A stretch of DNA of 64,000 nucleotides from Tubulanus polymorphus (Eukaryota; Animalia; Nemertea): the NCBI RefSeq assembly GCF_964204645.1, contig NC_134033.1, positions 15,570,655 to 15,634,654 of the forward strand, given 5' to 3'. Under the pieces are notes generated by a model, which saw only the letters and a program-made list of their open reading frames with translations, ran no database searches and was not told the DNA's origin. Positions 39,901 through 52,522 of this stretch are shown piece after piece (within the stretch, counting starts at the first letter, position 1; each line of letters begins with the position of its first letter). A program made the translations under genes and the position numbers.

Positions 39901-42900
39901 TGAATATGTAACAATATGTTTCCATGCCTACAAGCCACGGGTCCAGGGGCCGGTTCCTCAGTTTAGACTTAAGTCCAAAAATGGTCTTAAATTTTAAGAC
40001 TGGTCTTAAGTTGTTAGATTGGCTATAGAACTAAGATGGTCTTAAATTGGCCATGACTATGGAACTGGGCCCTGGATTGCAAACTTGTTGAAATGAGTTC
40101 ATTTTCAGTAATTTTCGTCGTATTCAAGATGGCCGCCAGGCAGCGTTATAGCGTATTGATTATTCTATTTCAGTTCGGAGTCGATCGTGTCGCAATAACT
40201 GTATCATACCGGATCACATGTCTCCTCCGACTCCTCCTTCAATTCCAAAAACCGTCCTCACCAAAGAACAACTCTATCCTCCAACTCCAAGCGTTTATGT
40301 AAGTGAAATGTTAAAATGAGGGGTTGGTATCAGATTTATAGGTAGGTGCTGTAAAAATAATAATCTGTTTATTCAGTGTCTACACATGAATATATGAAAT
40401 AGCAAATTCTATATGAAAGGTATTATATAAACACAGGATTAACAGATTATCGTTTTTACACTGCCTACAACTCTGGACCTAGTTCCAGAGTTCTGAGTTG
40501 AATTTGACTCTTAGAGTTGAAACATAGAAAATGAACTAATTTTAACTTGGAGTTAACTCTAATTCACAACTGTGCAACTGGTCCTACAGTAATAGGTTAG
40601 ATCGGTTAAAGCCCCGAAATTATCTCAGAATGAAGAGGATTGTCTCCTAAAAAGATTAACTGAATTTAGAAAAAACATTTATTCTATTGAAGCGCTTTAA
40701 AAACTTCTTTGTTAACCCCTATGCAGTGTAGATTTCGATTTTCAGTTTTTTAATTTTGCGATGTTTAATTTTTCAGCTCGAAAGCAAACGCGATGCGTTT
40801 TCACCGGAGTTAATGCATTACTGTTTGTCGCAACCGATCGCCGTAATCAGAGGTTTAGCGGGTGCTCTTAAACTAGGTCAGTGTCTCCGCCTATTAACTG
40901 TTCGGGAAATGAAGCGTAAACGGATCTTCAGAAACGCGAATGATTTTTTTCTTTTTACGATTTTAGATCTCGGATTATTTTCGACGAAGACCCTCGTCGA
41001 AGCGAATTCAGAACACAGAGTTGAAGTTCGAACTCAGGTATTTCACTTAACTATTTCATACTTTCAAAGGATTTGAATATGAAAAGACGATTTTATAGAT
41101 CAGGTATCAAAGTTACCCCCAGGGGCAAATCCTCAATCTTGGCCTGGTTTCGTAGACCGTGTATCAAAGTTACCCCTAAGGATAAAATATTTATGGCTCA
41201 TCAAAATTAAGTTGTTCTTATTTATTCTTTACAAAATTTACGTAGTTATCATATATTTACTTTTAATGTTGAAAATGCCGTTAGAGTAGTCAGGGTTAGG
41301 GAATATTGTATTAATGATGATAACAGGGATAACAATTTTTGAATGTATTTCTGTGCGTAGAGACAACAGGCGCCCGACGATAACCTGGATCAGTTCGGGA
41401 ATCAAGTGTGGAAATGCGAAAGCAGCCGATCTCATACGACGATAGCCAAATACGCTCAATACCAGGCGCTTTCGTTCCAAGAATCTCTGAAAGAAGAGAA
41501 CGACCGTTTGAAAGGGATTCATCGCGAGGCGAGTGATAGCGATTCAAACAGTTCGTCCGCTCTGTTTAAAGGGTAAGTCTGCGTCGTTTTATTTTCTGCG
41601 TCGAGTTTTCGCTGTTTCTTGATCCCAGTTCCACAGTTAAGATAAAAAACACAGTTGAGTTAAGATTTGACTCTGAGTAAACTCATCGAAAATGAACTAA
41701 TTTTAACTCAAGAGTTAACTCTAGTAACTCAGGACCCAGTTCCACAGTCGTGAGTTAAGATTTGACTCTGAGTTAAAACATTGAAAATGAACTAATCTTA
41801 ACTCAGAGTTAACTCTAACTCAGAACTGCGGAACTGGATCCCGAAATGTGGAACTGGATCCAGTGAATTCCGGCTCTTTCTTTCTTTTCTTGAAATTCAG
41901 GGAATTTCGAGGTGGCCACTTACCTGAAAATCAGGGAAAAGTCTGGGAATTTCCTTTTCTCTATAAAAGTCAGGGAACGGTCTGGGAATTTTGTAAAAAA
42001 AAAATCTAAAAGTCAGTGAAAAGTCAGAGAAATATATTGAGATTGCTGGGTCGCGCGTAAAATCAAACAGTTTCAAAGTTGTACGTACTTGACTGTGTTA
42101 AAATTGATTGGATTCTCAGCAGATCTAGTCACGGAAAACAACGTGCATGTCAGGGAATAGTCCAGGAGAAAGCTAGTCAAATAATGAAAGTTTACGGCAC
42201 TGAATTTTAATTTTTGGTCGATATCGTATTTCAGGTTGAAGAAGAAAGGCTACAAAGTGATACGAATGGGAACAAACGTCGATTTGTCGGACGAGAAAAA
42301 ATGGAAACCGCAATTACAAGAATTACAGAAGCTTCCGGCTTTCTGTCGAGTGAGTTGAAAACGGAAATTCTTAATTCCCTTTTTGGTCTAGTTTTCATTG
42401 ATAATTGATTACGGTAACTCAAAGAGAACATAAGTTGTTTCGATTTCAACAGAAACATAGAGGAAATTGAAGTGCAGATGACTTGAGTAACACTACTAGT
42501 GACATCTAGTCCAGTTCAACAGTTGTGAGTTAGAGTTAACTCCGAGTTAAAGTTAGTTCATTTTCAATGAGTTAAACTCATAAGAGTCAAATTTAACTCC
42601 ACAGTTGTGAGTTAAGATTTGACTGAGTTAACTCATTGAAAATGAACTAATTTTAACTCAGAGTTAACCCTAACTCACAACTGTGGAACTGGATCCTGAA
42701 CTGTGGAAGTGGGTCCTGGTGGATCCTCACTCCTCGTTCCCTGTTGCGAATTCTCTATTTCGAAATCGTAATTTTCAATGATATCTTCTTCCTTGAACAG
42801 GTTGTCTCCGCGTGTAACATGTTAAGCCACGTCGGACACACGATCCTCGGAATGAACTCCGTACAGTTATACATGAAAGTACCCGGCTCGCGGACGCCCG

Positions 42901-45900
42901 GACACCAGGAGAACAACAACTTCTGTTCGGTGAATATAAACATCGGTCCCGGTGATTGCGAGTGGTTCGGAGTTCCCGACGAGTACTGGGGCGTGCTGCA
43001 TCGACTCTGCGAACGGTTAGTACATCGATTCCCCCTATGACATCATCTACATTATCTATAGACCTATTGAGAAAACAATGCTTCTTCGATGAATCCCCCT
43101 ATGACATCATCTACATTATCTATAGACCTATTGAGAAAATGATAAGGTTACCTTGATGAATCCCCCTATGACATCATCTACATTATCTATAGACCCATTG
43201 AGAAAATAATACAGCCATCTAGACATCATCCAATGACAAGTAAAGCGTAGTCTCATCGAGAAATTAATGGCCACCTTCATGAGTCCCCCCTATGACATCA
43301 TCATTTTGCTTAATGACTTCCAGAAAAAATCGCTATTCCATCCTCCTATGATATCATCGAATCGGCTTTTGATTCGATCTATTGATTCTTAACAGAAAAC
43401 AATTACGGTCTTCATAGATCCCCCTATGACATCATTGAATTCTTTTGTGCGGCTATCGAAGTTGATATCTTTGATGAATCCCCCTTTGACATCATCGAAA
43501 CGCCGAGTCGGTATCAATCTATTTATCACCTGTTAAGAAATGAAATTGAATTGTGGTTGTTGATTATTTTTGTAGACACAATATCCAGTATTTAACCGGC
43601 TCGTGGTGGCCTCTCGTCGATGATATGTTTGAAGCCGGTATTCCGTTGTATAGATTTGTACAGAAACCCGGTGATTTAGTGTGGGTTAACGCCGGTACTG
43701 TGCACTGGGTTCAAGCTATCGTAAGTATTTCACGGTCTCTACGACGGTGCTTTAATTCCTTAAAAACTCCTAAACAGAAAATACATATGAAGACACTCGA
43801 AACTCCTTTAAAACTCGTTCAATTTTGAGAAATTGTCCATTAGAAATGTTTGTAGTTGTACAGTAAACTACACCTAAGTCGATACAGTTGGGACCAGGAT
43901 TTGTATCCTGGATCCTGAGTTCAGAGTACCTCTAACTCTCAGAACTGTGGAACTGGATCCTTATATCTAAGAATGACTGATCCGTAGGGACCCTGTATTT
44001 GGTTCTAGAGTCACGAGATGAAAATGCAGTCGATCTTACATAGTGTCGAAAAAGAATTAAATTTTTTTTCAAAAATCCGATTGCAGGGTTGGTGCAATAA
44101 TATAGCGTGGAACGTCGGCCCGGTGAATTATAGACAATACGAACTGAGTGTACAACGCTACGAATTCAACAAGCTACAAGGATTCAAATCGATCGTTCCC
44201 ATGGTGCATCTGTCCTGGAATCTGGCGCGAAATTTGAAATTAACCGATTCGAAACTAGTCAATTTAATACGGTACAAAAAATTGTTTATATTCCGGCAAT
44301 ATAATCATATTAATAATAACAATAATAATAATAATAATTTATTTTCATTTAACCGTGTTATGAGATGAGGTTATTTTGAAAATTTGAAATAAATAAAAGA
44401 TTTTGTTAATCCAGGGAATGCTTTTCAGGGCTGAACTTACAAATTGCCAGGCGCTGGACCTACGCGCAAATATTTAATTTTCACGCGCAAAATAAATCAC
44501 AAATTCAAAATTTTCGAGAATTGTTCTAATCGTATTCTATTTTGTTTTGCAGACACTGTTTAATGAAAACTCTCAGTTATTGTAAGATGACGTTGAATTT
44601 TCTGGATAGCATCGAGAAGGACGTGAAATGGCACGGACGCAGTAAGAACGAGGCCGCGCATTACTGTAACGAGTGTGAGGTCAGTATCGACCCGTTCTAT
44701 GGTTTCCTCCGTAAATTCCCCTTATGACATCATCGGTATATCGCTGGGATTGTTGCCTAAGATCATTCCCAAAAACATTGTCTACGTACCTCTAGAAATC
44801 CAAACTATGTCATCATCAGATATCGCCAGGATTGTATCTTAAGATCCTTCTAAAAAGATGTCTACCTCCATTGATCCCCTTATGACATCATCCAATGTCG
44901 CCAGGTTAATTATAATATATAATTCTAACTTAATATCTTAAGATCCTTCAAAAAAGATGTCCACCTTCATAAATCCCCCAAATGACATCATCTTGTATCT
45001 GGAAACCCTTTCGCCCCGAGTATATGGCTACGTTCATAAATCCCCCTATGACATCATCAAATTGTCAATCGATTAATTGTTATCTATAAACCTTCTTGAG
45101 AAGGTTTATTTCAATTCTTCAATCCCCCTATGCTATCATCAAAGGAATTGTCTACTGATTAATCCATTGACCCTCGTGAGATTCGACCTGAATTTTGATT
45201 GAAATGTTTCATCTTTTCGCAGGTTGAAGTTTTCAATTTCCTGTTCGTGACGGAGCAAGAGAAGAAGTTCGTCGTGCACTGTCAGGACTGCGCGTTGAGA
45301 ATCAGCTCGAAACTCGAGAACTTCGTCGTTCTGAACCAATACAAAATGGAGGAGCTGGTTTCGATTTACGATAACTTCCAAGTACATCAGGTAAAATCTT
45401 AGAGAAAAATCGATACCATCATTTCAGCTTCATTTCTAGCTTGCAACTAACAAAATATATCCAACAGGGTCCCCACGATTCCTTATAAAACTTCTGCTTA
45501 ATGGAAAATGCTTCCAAAAGTGCTTGAAATTGCTTTAATTTGCGTCAGAAAGCGCCTGAAACTCCTTCAAAAACTCGTTCAATTTTGAGAAATAGGCAAT
45601 AGAGAAATGTTTGTAGTTGTACAGTAGACTGCGCCTGAATCGATACAGTTTGGATCAGGATTTGTTTTCACCCAATTAGGCGGTTACCGATTTAGAAACT
45701 GAGTTTAGTGGTGTAAAGGGTAAAAGATATTTACAAAACCACTGAATTAAGGGTTTACCGAGATAAACAGTACCGATTTAGGAGGAGTCTACTGTAATTG
45801 GGATTAGATGAAAGTGATGCAGACGCTTTCTCTAAATTTAGAATTTTCTTGAAAACTCCTTATATCCAGAAACGACTGATCTGTTGGGACCCTGGATCTA

Positions 45901-46346
45901 GTTCCACAGTAATGAATTAGAGTTAACTCAGAGCTTGAAGTGTCTGATTACTCCAAGCTCTGAGTTAGAATTAGTTCATTTTCAGTGAGTTAACTCCGAG
46001 TCAAATCTTAACACACAACTGTGGAACTGGGTCCTGATGTCTAAAACTTGCGCATTCATAATCTGAGAATGTTGAGGTGGCTTTGCAAGGATTTCTTTTC
46101 CCTGGCTGCGGGGGTCAATTTCACAGTCATGGCTTCGACTATAGACCGGGCAAACACCATCTTAGTTCAATAGCAACCGGTGGCCCTGTTATATAGATAG
46201 GCTCTCATCTTATAGAATGCTCTTCTTCGGTATAATATCTCTCTAACTCTCTCACTCTGTCCGTCTCTTTCTTGTATCTCGTACTAAAACTATGCTATTG
46301 ATTTTGCTTGCAGCCTCTTCCTGCGGTGGAAACTAATAAACTATAA
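18983..46346 (+). CDS. KDM6A: lysine-specific demethylase 6A / UTX (TPR + JmjC + Zn-binding), ~1344 aa, 26 exons
   Basis: Exons 18983-19107, 19671-19737, 20154-20469, 23188-23237, 23740-23798, 30896-31016, 31268-31322, 33900-34028, 34703-34829, 34929-35027, 35347-35519, 36163-36247, 37755-37965, 38108-38323, 38944-39649, 40174-40298, 40777-40876, 40967-41037, 41361-41572, 42235-42349, 42801-43015, 43576-43720, 44087-44271, 44553-44679, 45223-45390, 46314-46346. All are GT-AG and phase-consistent (4035 nt). Motifs: [113 protein letters not shown]...HCQDCA. The Fe ligands H-x-E...H are intact. Confidence 0.97.
20506..20812. repeat. ~20-bp tandem repeat (CAGTTCCACAGTTCAGGA)
   Basis: About 15 copies of the terminal motif of the GGACCCAGTTCCACAG MITE family. 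Confidence 0.85.
20960..21810. repeat. GA-rich low-complexity / degenerate minisatellite
   Basis: Purine-rich on the + strand with 59-bp and longer internal duplications; accounts for the spurious L/S-rich ORF 20878-21864. Confidence 0.85.
22541..22877. mobile_element. Tc1/pogo-like MITE (CAGCGGAACCTCGTTA TIR) with a triplicated left end
   Basis: TACAGCGGAACCTCGTTACAAC...GTTGTAACGAGGTTCTGCTGTA with TA flanks. Another copy at ~48315-48488 and a fragment split at 31345/33160. Confidence 0.65.
25571..25935. repeat. 170-bp tandem duplication (x2)
   Basis: TTTTGAACAACTGACCCGG at 25571, 25741 and 25911. Confidence 0.9.
26855..27392. repeat. 30-31-bp minisatellite (~17 copies, two variant blocks)
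   Basis: CTCTCTGGGTGCTGAGAATAGGTGGTTTTAC, then CTCTCTGGGTGCTGAGAACAAGAGGTCATAC. Confidence 0.9.
29176..29455. repeat. CT-rich polypyrimidine tract
   Basis: Almost purely C/T; source of several low-complexity ORFs. Confidence 0.85.
29700..30040. repeat. short-period CAGTTGT(A/G) degenerate repeat
   Basis: Repeated CAGTTGTA/CAGTTGCA/CAGTTGTG units. Confidence 0.8.
31372..33155. mobile_element. Harbinger-like MITE (GGGCC TIR, CTG TSD) with an internal 47-bp satellite expanded to ~36 copies
   Basis: CTG|GGGCCGGTTGCATAGTCATG...CATGACTGTTCAACTGGCCC|CTG. Unit AAGACCAGTCTAAGACCAACTTAGTTCTATAGCCAATCTAACAACTT (47 bp). Short one-unit versions at 34230-34367, 39947-40072 and 48548-48684. Confidence 0.85.
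33592..33742. mobile_element. CAGGGTCCCTAC-TIR MITE
   Basis: CAGGGTCCCTAC...GTAGGGACCCTG. Related longer copies at ~43735-43995, 45465-45895 and 47410-47830. Confidence 0.6.
35040..35305. repeat. ~46-bp tandem repeat x5
   Basis: CCTTCTCATTCTCAATGACTTCAACAATTCAGT units. Confidence 0.8.
35640..36090. repeat. ~100-bp TCAGGGAA-associated repeat (related array at 38420-38860)
   Basis: TCTTGTTGTTCTTGCTGGTGACGAGTGGCACAAGGAACCTCTTGATAAGAAACAGCCCCCACTGAG occurs in two different KDM6A introns. Confidence 0.75.
36975..37537. repeat. 67-bp minisatellite x~8
   Basis: CAGCCCCTCCACCCTTGCAGACTGATTGAACAAACCCCTTCCCTAATCGCTGGATAGTTCTCTCAAT, period 67. Confidence 0.9.
43030..43500. repeat. ATCCCCCTATGACATCATC degenerate repeat (also 44720-45140)
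   Basis: The motif recurs every ~60-70 bp in two introns. Confidence 0.7.
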
Positions 46347-46459
46347 TACATCATACCTATATCTAATACACACTGGTAGGTTTTAATATATACATATAAC
46401 CAAGGTTGAAGAATAACCGACAATTGAAAAGAGAGAACTGTAAAACTGGCTACGGGATT

Positions 46460-46920
46460 TAGTTCCACAGTTGTGAGTGTAAGTTAACTGTCAACTCAGG
46501 TTCCAATTCCACAGTTGTGTCAGATAGAGTTAACTCCAAACTCAGGATCCAATTCCACGGTTGTGTCAGATAGAGTTAACTCCAAACCCAGGTTCCAATT
46601 CCACAGGTGTGTCAGATAGAGTTAACTCCAAACTCAGGATCGAATTCCACAGTTGTGTCAGATAGAGTTAACTCCAAACCCAGGTTCCAATTCCACAGGT
46701 GTGTCAGATAGAGTTAACTCCAAACTCAGGATCCAATTCCACAGTTATGTAAGTTAGAGTTACTGTCAACTCAGGATCCAGTCCTACAGTTGTGGGTGTT
46801 AAGAGTTAACTCCAAACTCAGGATCCATTTCCATGTGAGTTAGAGTTAACTCTTACGTAACTCAGGATCCATTTCCGCAGTTGTGTGAGTTAACTTTGTA
46901 TTGAAATCAGTGCGAGTTAA
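46460..46920. repeat. ~42-bp tandem repeat from the MITE end, in the KDM6A 3' region
   Basis: CAATTCCACAGTTGTGTCAGATAGAGTTAACTCCAAACTCAGGAT-type units, about 10 copies. Confidence 0.8.
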
Positions 46921-49900
46921 CTCTTAATAAGAATATCTAGATTACCCGCAATAGTTTAGAAAAATTTTTCAAGCTGTTCTTTCGATTGTCGGTTTTTCTT
47001 TCAACGTAACGGACAGTTACGACTCGTTTATGATGAATTTCATTTTCCTTTTACCTTCATTTCTATTCACGTTGGGTCTGACTCAACCTCGACCCGCGTA
47101 CGATCGGCTCGTTTCACAACTCAAAACGCCGTTAACCGTATTTGAATTCGTTTCGTTTCAGATACCGACCAACTCGTATTCGCGTTAAAAACGCTCGACA
47201 TAAACAACAATGAAAAATACTGCTGCTGCTGCTGTCGTTACGGTTACCACCAGTATTTCAGTCGAAATCGTTGCATTTAAACTGGCGGCGTATTTTACGA
47301 CGCGTCGCCGCGGAGATGGCGTTCTACGTCGACGCTATCTCGTCATCGACGGATGACGACCGACGAAAAAAAAAAAGTAAAACGTTATAGAAAATCGATC
47401 GAAGAACAGGCTACCTACAACTCGTTGATTCCTAAAAAAAACTCCTAAACAGAAAATGCTTTTGAAGGTGATTGAAACTCCCTTAATTTGAGCAAAATGC
47501 CCAAAACTCCTTTAAAACTCCTTCAATTTTGAGAAATAGGCGATTAGAAATGTTTGTAGTTTTACAGAAAACTTCGCCTAAATCAGTACAGTTGTGACCA
47601 GGATTTTTTCTTACTCAATTTTGACGTATCTGAATTATGAACCGAGTTTATTAGTGTAAAGGATAGAAATTTGCTTTCAAAACCACTGAATTACCGGTTT
47701 ACCGAGATAAACAGAACCAATTTAGGAGGAGTCTACTGTAATTGGGCTGTGAAAGTGATGCAGACACTTTCCTTGAAATTTTCTCCCATGAAAACTGTTT
47801 ATATCCAGAAACAACCGATCTGTAGTGAGCCTGAAGAAACAAACTGTGATAAAACCATCTGTCATAGTTACCGTATTACATGGCCACAAGTAACTAGCTA
47901 GCCGGCCAGATGGCGTTAGTAAAACAAGCATTGTGATATATTTACATCTGAAATCACAAAGGTGCTCTGTTGAATAATAATTATAGAATGAACTTCTAAC
48001 CTCGCCTGAGAAAACAAGGGTTCCCCCCTCAGTAGATACTGTAGATTATTTGCATGAGGGGCTGCAGTTGCTCAAAAGAACTGGAAGATCAATGCTATGG
48101 TTACGATACAATTTTGATTATCACTTTGTTAACTATCCACTGGTTAAAGCCCAACGCACACGGCACTGAAAAAAAGGTTTTCGCTGTTTTTTGTTATGCC
48201 GTGTGCGGGGGAGGCAAAACAAAAAACCCCAAACTGAAAGACGTTTTTTACGAGCAAAAAACGTTTTCTGAAAAACGTGTCAGCAACTGACCGTTAATTA
48301 TGAGAAAAATTTTTCAGTGGAACCTCGTTAAAACGAATTTCAGGAGACCAGAAAATCTGTTCGTTGCAACCAATCGTTTGTTATATCCAGTATGAAAATA
48401 TTGAAATTATCCTGTTATTTGGGATGAAATTCTAGGTTTGTGATAACCGATAAATCTGAGTTCATTTATATAACGAGGTTCCGCTGTATATTCCGCAGGA
48501 AACGCGACAAAAAGTCTTTATTTCTACGGGGTTGACGTACACCGGGCGCCGGTTCCATAGACAGGACTTAGAATTAACACCGGTCTAAGACCAACTTAGT
48601 TCTATAGCCAATCTAACAACTTAAGACCAGTCTTAAGGTTTAAGACCACTTTTGGTCTTAAGTCTTGACTATGGAACCGGCCCCTGTATAACGCGTCTCC
48701 TGTATAGACAAGGATACGAACGAACCCTTGAACTCGGGCGTCGGAAAAGTTTCATCTTTTACGTACGGTGCAAATATATAATATCGTGGAAATAATGATA
48801 AAAGCGCGAGGAAGTATGAACTAATGATATCAGGGATTGATCGATCCATCCTCTCAATACACTAAATCGATTGTTCTAGTGAACTCAAATATTTGTTGTT
48901 TGATGTGTGGGACCAACAACAACAACAAACAGGGGCCGATCTACGGGCGGTAGGTTCCGGGGGTCCGGACTCCTTCATTCCTGGCGTTGAGGCTGCCGAC
49001 ACTTTCATTTTGTCATTTCCGTCGCGGCTGCCGACGGACACTCATCGTAGAGATAACGTTAACCCTATACCTGCCATAATTTGACCCCAAACTGCCGCAA
49101 GTTACGATAAAAAAATGACTTAAAAATACTGGCGGTGAAAGGGTTAAAACCTGCGTCGAATTCGACGACATTGATCTGCTCGGAAATTGAATCTTTTCAG
49201 ATGTATTTCTTGAAAAATTCCGAGGCGACCCCAATTGCGGCCTTTTTTGCGGCTGCTGTTTCTGAGGAATGACCTTTCTTTACTTTTGGACTCCTGTTTC
49301 CTATTTACCTCGATCCGGCCCCTGATTGAAGCACGCGTGTTTATTGTTGTGAGTGTGATTCAAAAAGAAAAAAACACAATTTGTTATACTTTTTTATAAA
49401 CATTGAATTAATGGATGCACGGCCAGTCGAAACGTACCGTAATTAATTATCGATATTACGATGATTATTATTACGATTTATATTAATATCGCTGTATAAG
49501 TTACGTATCAGGGAATTCGCGGGCGTTGTAAGTAACCGGCTGATAATTCAGTGCGCACGCGATTCGGATTCGAGGTCAGAAAAGTAACGTTGAAAAGTAT
49601 TACGTTACTTTTGCTATTGAAAATTTGAAGCTAAAATTATCAAAAGCGTACGAAAAACCAGCCGGTGATTGAAACAACGCCCTCCGGTGGTTCAGCTGAG
49701 AACTACACTAGAATCCGCTTAATTCGGATTATTTGGTACCAACCATAGTCATCTGGTTTATAAGAAATCTGGATTAAAATTTACTTGTATATTAATGAAC
49801 AAATGGACCGTAGATATTGTCCGGATTGGACCAAAATCCGGTTTTAGTCGGTTTGACTAGTTTTGGGGTATGTGCTGATTTTGAACGAACGCTTCTTAGT

Positions 49901-50622
49901 ATACGAAATACAACGCCCCCTGGTTGTTCACCTGAGAATTAATGTAGATATCGAAACGTCACGCTGATAACAAGCGGCCAGTATAGTTGATATTGTTGAG
50001 TATGAAACTGTTGAGCACAAATTATTACGCGCGTAGATATATGATTGGCAGCTAAAGCAGTCGACGCGCGTGAATGAGGTACCTCCGGCCCACACCAGAT
50101 GGCGCAACGATACACTCGGGTTATACTCAGTGGATGAAAGTTCGTTTTTCATGAACTTCGAACCAGATTTTTAGACTTAAAAACCCGAATATTAATGAAA
50201 ATGTCGTCGAATAGATATAAGATCGGCTTTATACGTATGATCATATAGTAAGAATTATTCTACTAATTCGAAAAGCTGATTCGAGATGTAGAAGAATTCG
50301 AATCCCGATTAGTATCCGCTAGTGACACCTGGTGGCTCACCCGCCCGCCGCAGCAACGGTACCTCATCGCGCGTTGGTTTATCAAAAAATCGAGTTATAG
50401 TAGTAGCACAAATTATTGTCGAACGTTAGACGTTGATTAGGATTTCCTGATGAAAAGAGTTTATTCAGGTTTTACTCTCTAGTTGTACATACTACACTCC
50501 TCACCTGGTGTTACATAGTTAACGGTAAATCTCGTCTCTTTTTATGTTTCTGTGCGCACTATAAATCTAGAAACTAAACTTATCAGTTCGCGTTACGAAG
50601 AATTAGTTTAGTCTCGTCTTAA

Positions 50623-50849
50623 CCCTTTCAGTGTTGGCTAATTAATACCCTATAGTGCTGGAGATAATTTGAAAATTTTGAAAAATTCCACTCTAGTGTG
50701 TTGAATAACGGGAATAGCACTATAGTGCGTCTACACCACAGTGCGATGTATCGTTAGTTACTAATATTTCACTATGTTTAACAGGTGCTGCCATCTTTCA
50801 ACAGAGATAATTAGTAATTACTAATTAAATCAATACACCGCACAAAGGG
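50623..50849. mobile_element. piggyBac-like MITE, copy 2
   Basis: TTAA|CCCTTTCAGTG...CACAAAGGG|TTAA; homologous to 13788-14063. Confidence 0.8.
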
Positions 50850-52522
50850 TTAAGAACCAAGACCAGTCTTGGACTGTCTTAGTTAAAGATAGAAATTCCC
50901 TTCGCATATGATATGTGGCGATGCGGATATTAATTCGGAATTCTAGGTCACATAACCTATGTCCAGTTAGACCCAGTTGTTTTAGAGAAGGCGATCTTGA
51001 CGAAAGTTTGTGAGAGACAAAATGAGAGAATTGAGCTGATTAAGTGTAAATATTGTCCGTTCTGTGTATATTGTATTTCTGAAAATATTTCGCGTAAATG
51101 TTCTCGTCGTTTCTACTCTTTTTTTCGATCGTTTCATTTTTTGTGTGTAATTTATTTATGTACATTGTTTGCAAAGTGTAAAATAGTCAGAAACTAAAAT
51201 TGCTTTCAGGGCTTTATTATTAATTTATGTGTAATCACGAAAAATACCAATTGTCGGTTCTTGTCTCTGAGAGGGGAGGGAAAATTCTCGTATTCTTAAC
51301 ACTTGAATTATAGAACTTCTTAGTTAACTTAAAGACTGCATATTTTGGTTCTAGGTTTGGGATTCGGTTATTTCAGCTTCCGGGTATTTATAGAATATGC
51401 TACTGGTTCCTGTTGCGCTGCGAGTGATCCACAATTTAGGATTAACCCGTCGGTTTAAAGTAAAAACCCGGGCTCCGGCCCTCCTTTATCGTGTAGTTTA
51501 AATGTTTGCGTCATATCAGGGAGGATACCCTGGCAATTGGGGTTTTGTAATTTGTACATAGAAGTATCGAATATTGTGAAAGAAAGGCACAATTTTTCAT
51601 GATTGTCTAGACAAGTTTTTGCTGTAACGTGTTTCTGTAATAACTATGTGTAAAACATACGAACATAATTTTTGTTACAATTCAGCAATAAATAAAGTCA
51701 AATAATTTCAGATATTTGATTGTTTTAGTTTGTGGTGAACTGTTTCTTGTGAAGGACTGTATTTTATATTGGAATGAAGAGAAGGGATTTGAATTTGACT
51801 GCAGTGAACTGATATAAATCTCAGTGTAGTGTTAACGAATAAAAAAAACCCACAGTATCTGTAGAAAGTTAATTTCCTTAAAGTTTCAAGGTTAAAACTA
51901 AACCTCATCTTCGTTGTACTTTTTGTTCATCTGAAGATGAGATTTTGTTTTAACCTCGTAACTGTAAGGAAATAAACTGTTTCTACGGGTACTGCGGGTT
52001 TTCCATATGGATTTGAATATTTTTAAGCGAAGTTTCAGGTTTGGGAAAGCAACTCTAAACCCTTTTTGTTCGCCTAAGTTAATTCTCGTATTCACCGCCA
52101 ATGATATTCATGGGGGCAGCACGAGCCGGTCAACAGGTGATAGCTCGTTATTTATACTGTGGCACGCGAGTAACAAATTTAGTTTACGTATTCGCCGTCC
52201 AAGCCATAGTGGTAGCACGTGACGGTCAATATTTGACAAAGCTCAATATTCTAACTGCGGCATGCGAGTAAATTCAAACTTTATTCAGTTCGGAATAGTT
52301 CTATGGTTAAAACATTTACAACGCTTGCACCCGATATGAAATTTACACAAATGGCTATCTGAAAAAAAGACAGGGAAGGACATAAAACACAAAGTTACAT
52401 TCGGGTTGATTTAATTGCGTTCGTAGTTCGCGTGTTCCCCGTCTATATGTATATTGGTGGCAGCACCTGACGGTACATACTCGACTCCCGCAACAAGGAA
52501 GTCAGCCATTTAGGTCTGTCTG

